From a virus (lineage: Duplodnaviria; Heunggongvirae; Uroviricota; Caudoviricetes): 64,000 nt of DNA. Under the pieces are notes generated by a model. The model had not been told where the DNA came from and ran no database searches. It saw only the letters and a program-made list of their open reading frames with translations. This document shows, piece after piece, positions 63,403-64,000 of this stretch. Position numbers and translations under genes: made by a program. The number at the start of each line of letters is the position of its first letter. The stretch's first letter is position 1. Where the stretch lies: the IMG/VR virus record IMGVR_UViG_3300037790_000024; one strand, 5' to 3'.

Positions 63403-63858
63403 ATGGCTATACAGATAGATCCTATAACAGAAGTTACAAGAAACACTCCTTTTAGTGTTACAGTGACAGCTTCAGGCACAGCAGGTGAAACTGTAGATTT
63501 AGTTGAAGTTGCTTTTGAGTCTGAGGTGTATGAGGGGGTTTCTATAGTAGGAGCTACTATATCAGGAAGCTATGAGTCCCTTTTTCAAGATATTACAAGG
63601 TCAGTGAGTAGTGGTTCATCCGACAGATTAGAAGAGCCTCTTGTCACTAACAACGTAGACGACCTTCCTGAAGGTAGGGACTTGTATCAATATAGACAAG
63701 ACACTGCTCCTACAAGGACAGCTTCTTACACTGTAACAACTACCTACACTCCTATGGGAGGGGGCGATCAACAGCAAGATGTTCAAACTGTAAACCATAC
63801 GGTAAATAACTCTACCACTTTTGGGCTTAACTGGCTATTAAACTATTTAGGATTATAA
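63403..63858 (+). CDS. tail-associated protein (putative)
   Basis: 151 aa. Confidence 0.4.
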   Translation: MAIQIDPITEVTRNTPFSVTVTASGTAGETVDLVEVAFESEVYEGVSIVGATISGSYESLFQDITRSVSSGSSDRLEEPLVTNNVDDLPEGRDLYQYRQDTAPTRTASYTVTTTYTPMGGGDQQQDVQTVNHTVNNSTTFGLNWLLNYLGL

Positions 63859-63859
63859 G

Positions 63860-64000
63860 ATGGGAAGAGCAGTAACAAGAATAGGAGATGCGGATATACC
63901 TCACTGCTCTGCTGCTAATAGAGCAGAAGGATCTCCTAATGTGTTTGTGAATGGAAGAGCGCTGTCTAGACAGGGAGACCTTAACACAGTGCATGATGAA
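63860..64000 (+). CDS. PAAR-like spike-tip protein (partial, runs off window)
   Basis: RIGDADIPHC...GSPNVFVNGRALSRQGD matches PAAR repeat pattern xGDxxxH...GSPNVxVNG.PAxRxGD. Confidence 0.55.
   Translation, partial: MGRAVTRIGDADIPHCSAANRAEGSPNVFVNGRALSRQGDLNTVHDE

Overview
This window looks like about 64 kb of a tailed dsDNA phage genome (roughly 38% GC by eye). It is densely coding, with strand-switching gene blocks and strong Shine-Dalgarno sites. The host is unknown; a PqqA-like peptide and the GC content loosely suggest a PQQ-producing gammaproteobacterium such as Acinetobacter.

The architecture is a patchwork of familiar modules.
- **Replication, 138-14214, minus strand:** a T7-like family-A DNA polymerase and a TOPRIM/DnaB-type primase-helicase. 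The same block carries a T4 endonuclease V (DenV) homolog, a secreted SleB-like hydrolase, an SPFH/flotillin-like protein and a 663-aa unknown.
- **Early-type block, 14.7-18.3 kb, plus strand:** small ORFs including an HNH endonuclease.
- **GATC-rich island, about 18.6-23.7 kb:** compositionally distinct, with its own sigma70-like promoters, rho-independent terminators, tiny membrane peptides and a roughly 150-bp repeated intergenic element that contains a sigma54-like TGGCAC-N5-TTGCA core.
- **Small-gene block, 24.5-33 kb:** many small genes, ending in a nucleotidyltransferase / macro-domain / nucleotidyltransferase trio and an orphan PqqA-like 23-aa peptide gene.
- **Minus block, 33.2-42.4 kb:** a Dam-family MTase, T4-like polynucleotide kinase, an RNA ligase fused to a tRNA-binding OB domain, a ClpP-like protease, PhoH and a GH108 endolysin.
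- **tRNA array, 42.6-44.05 kb, minus strand:** about 12 canonical tRNAs plus a 129-nt tRNA-like element and degenerate tRNA remnants.
- **Structural module, 46.2-64 kb, plus strand:** opens with HD-domain ppGpp hydrolase, NADAR and SLOG (DUF2493) genes, which look like anti-defence candidates. It then runs TerS/TerL, portal, S49 prohead protease-scaffold, decoration protein and lambda-gpE-like major capsid. The Mu/P2-like contractile tail follows: sheath, tube, a chaperone with a -1 frameshift (G/GT type), tape measure, baseplate and a PAAR-like tip.

Hand-derived coordinates for promoters, repeats, terminators and small ORFs may be off by 1-2 nt. ORF-track coordinates are exact.
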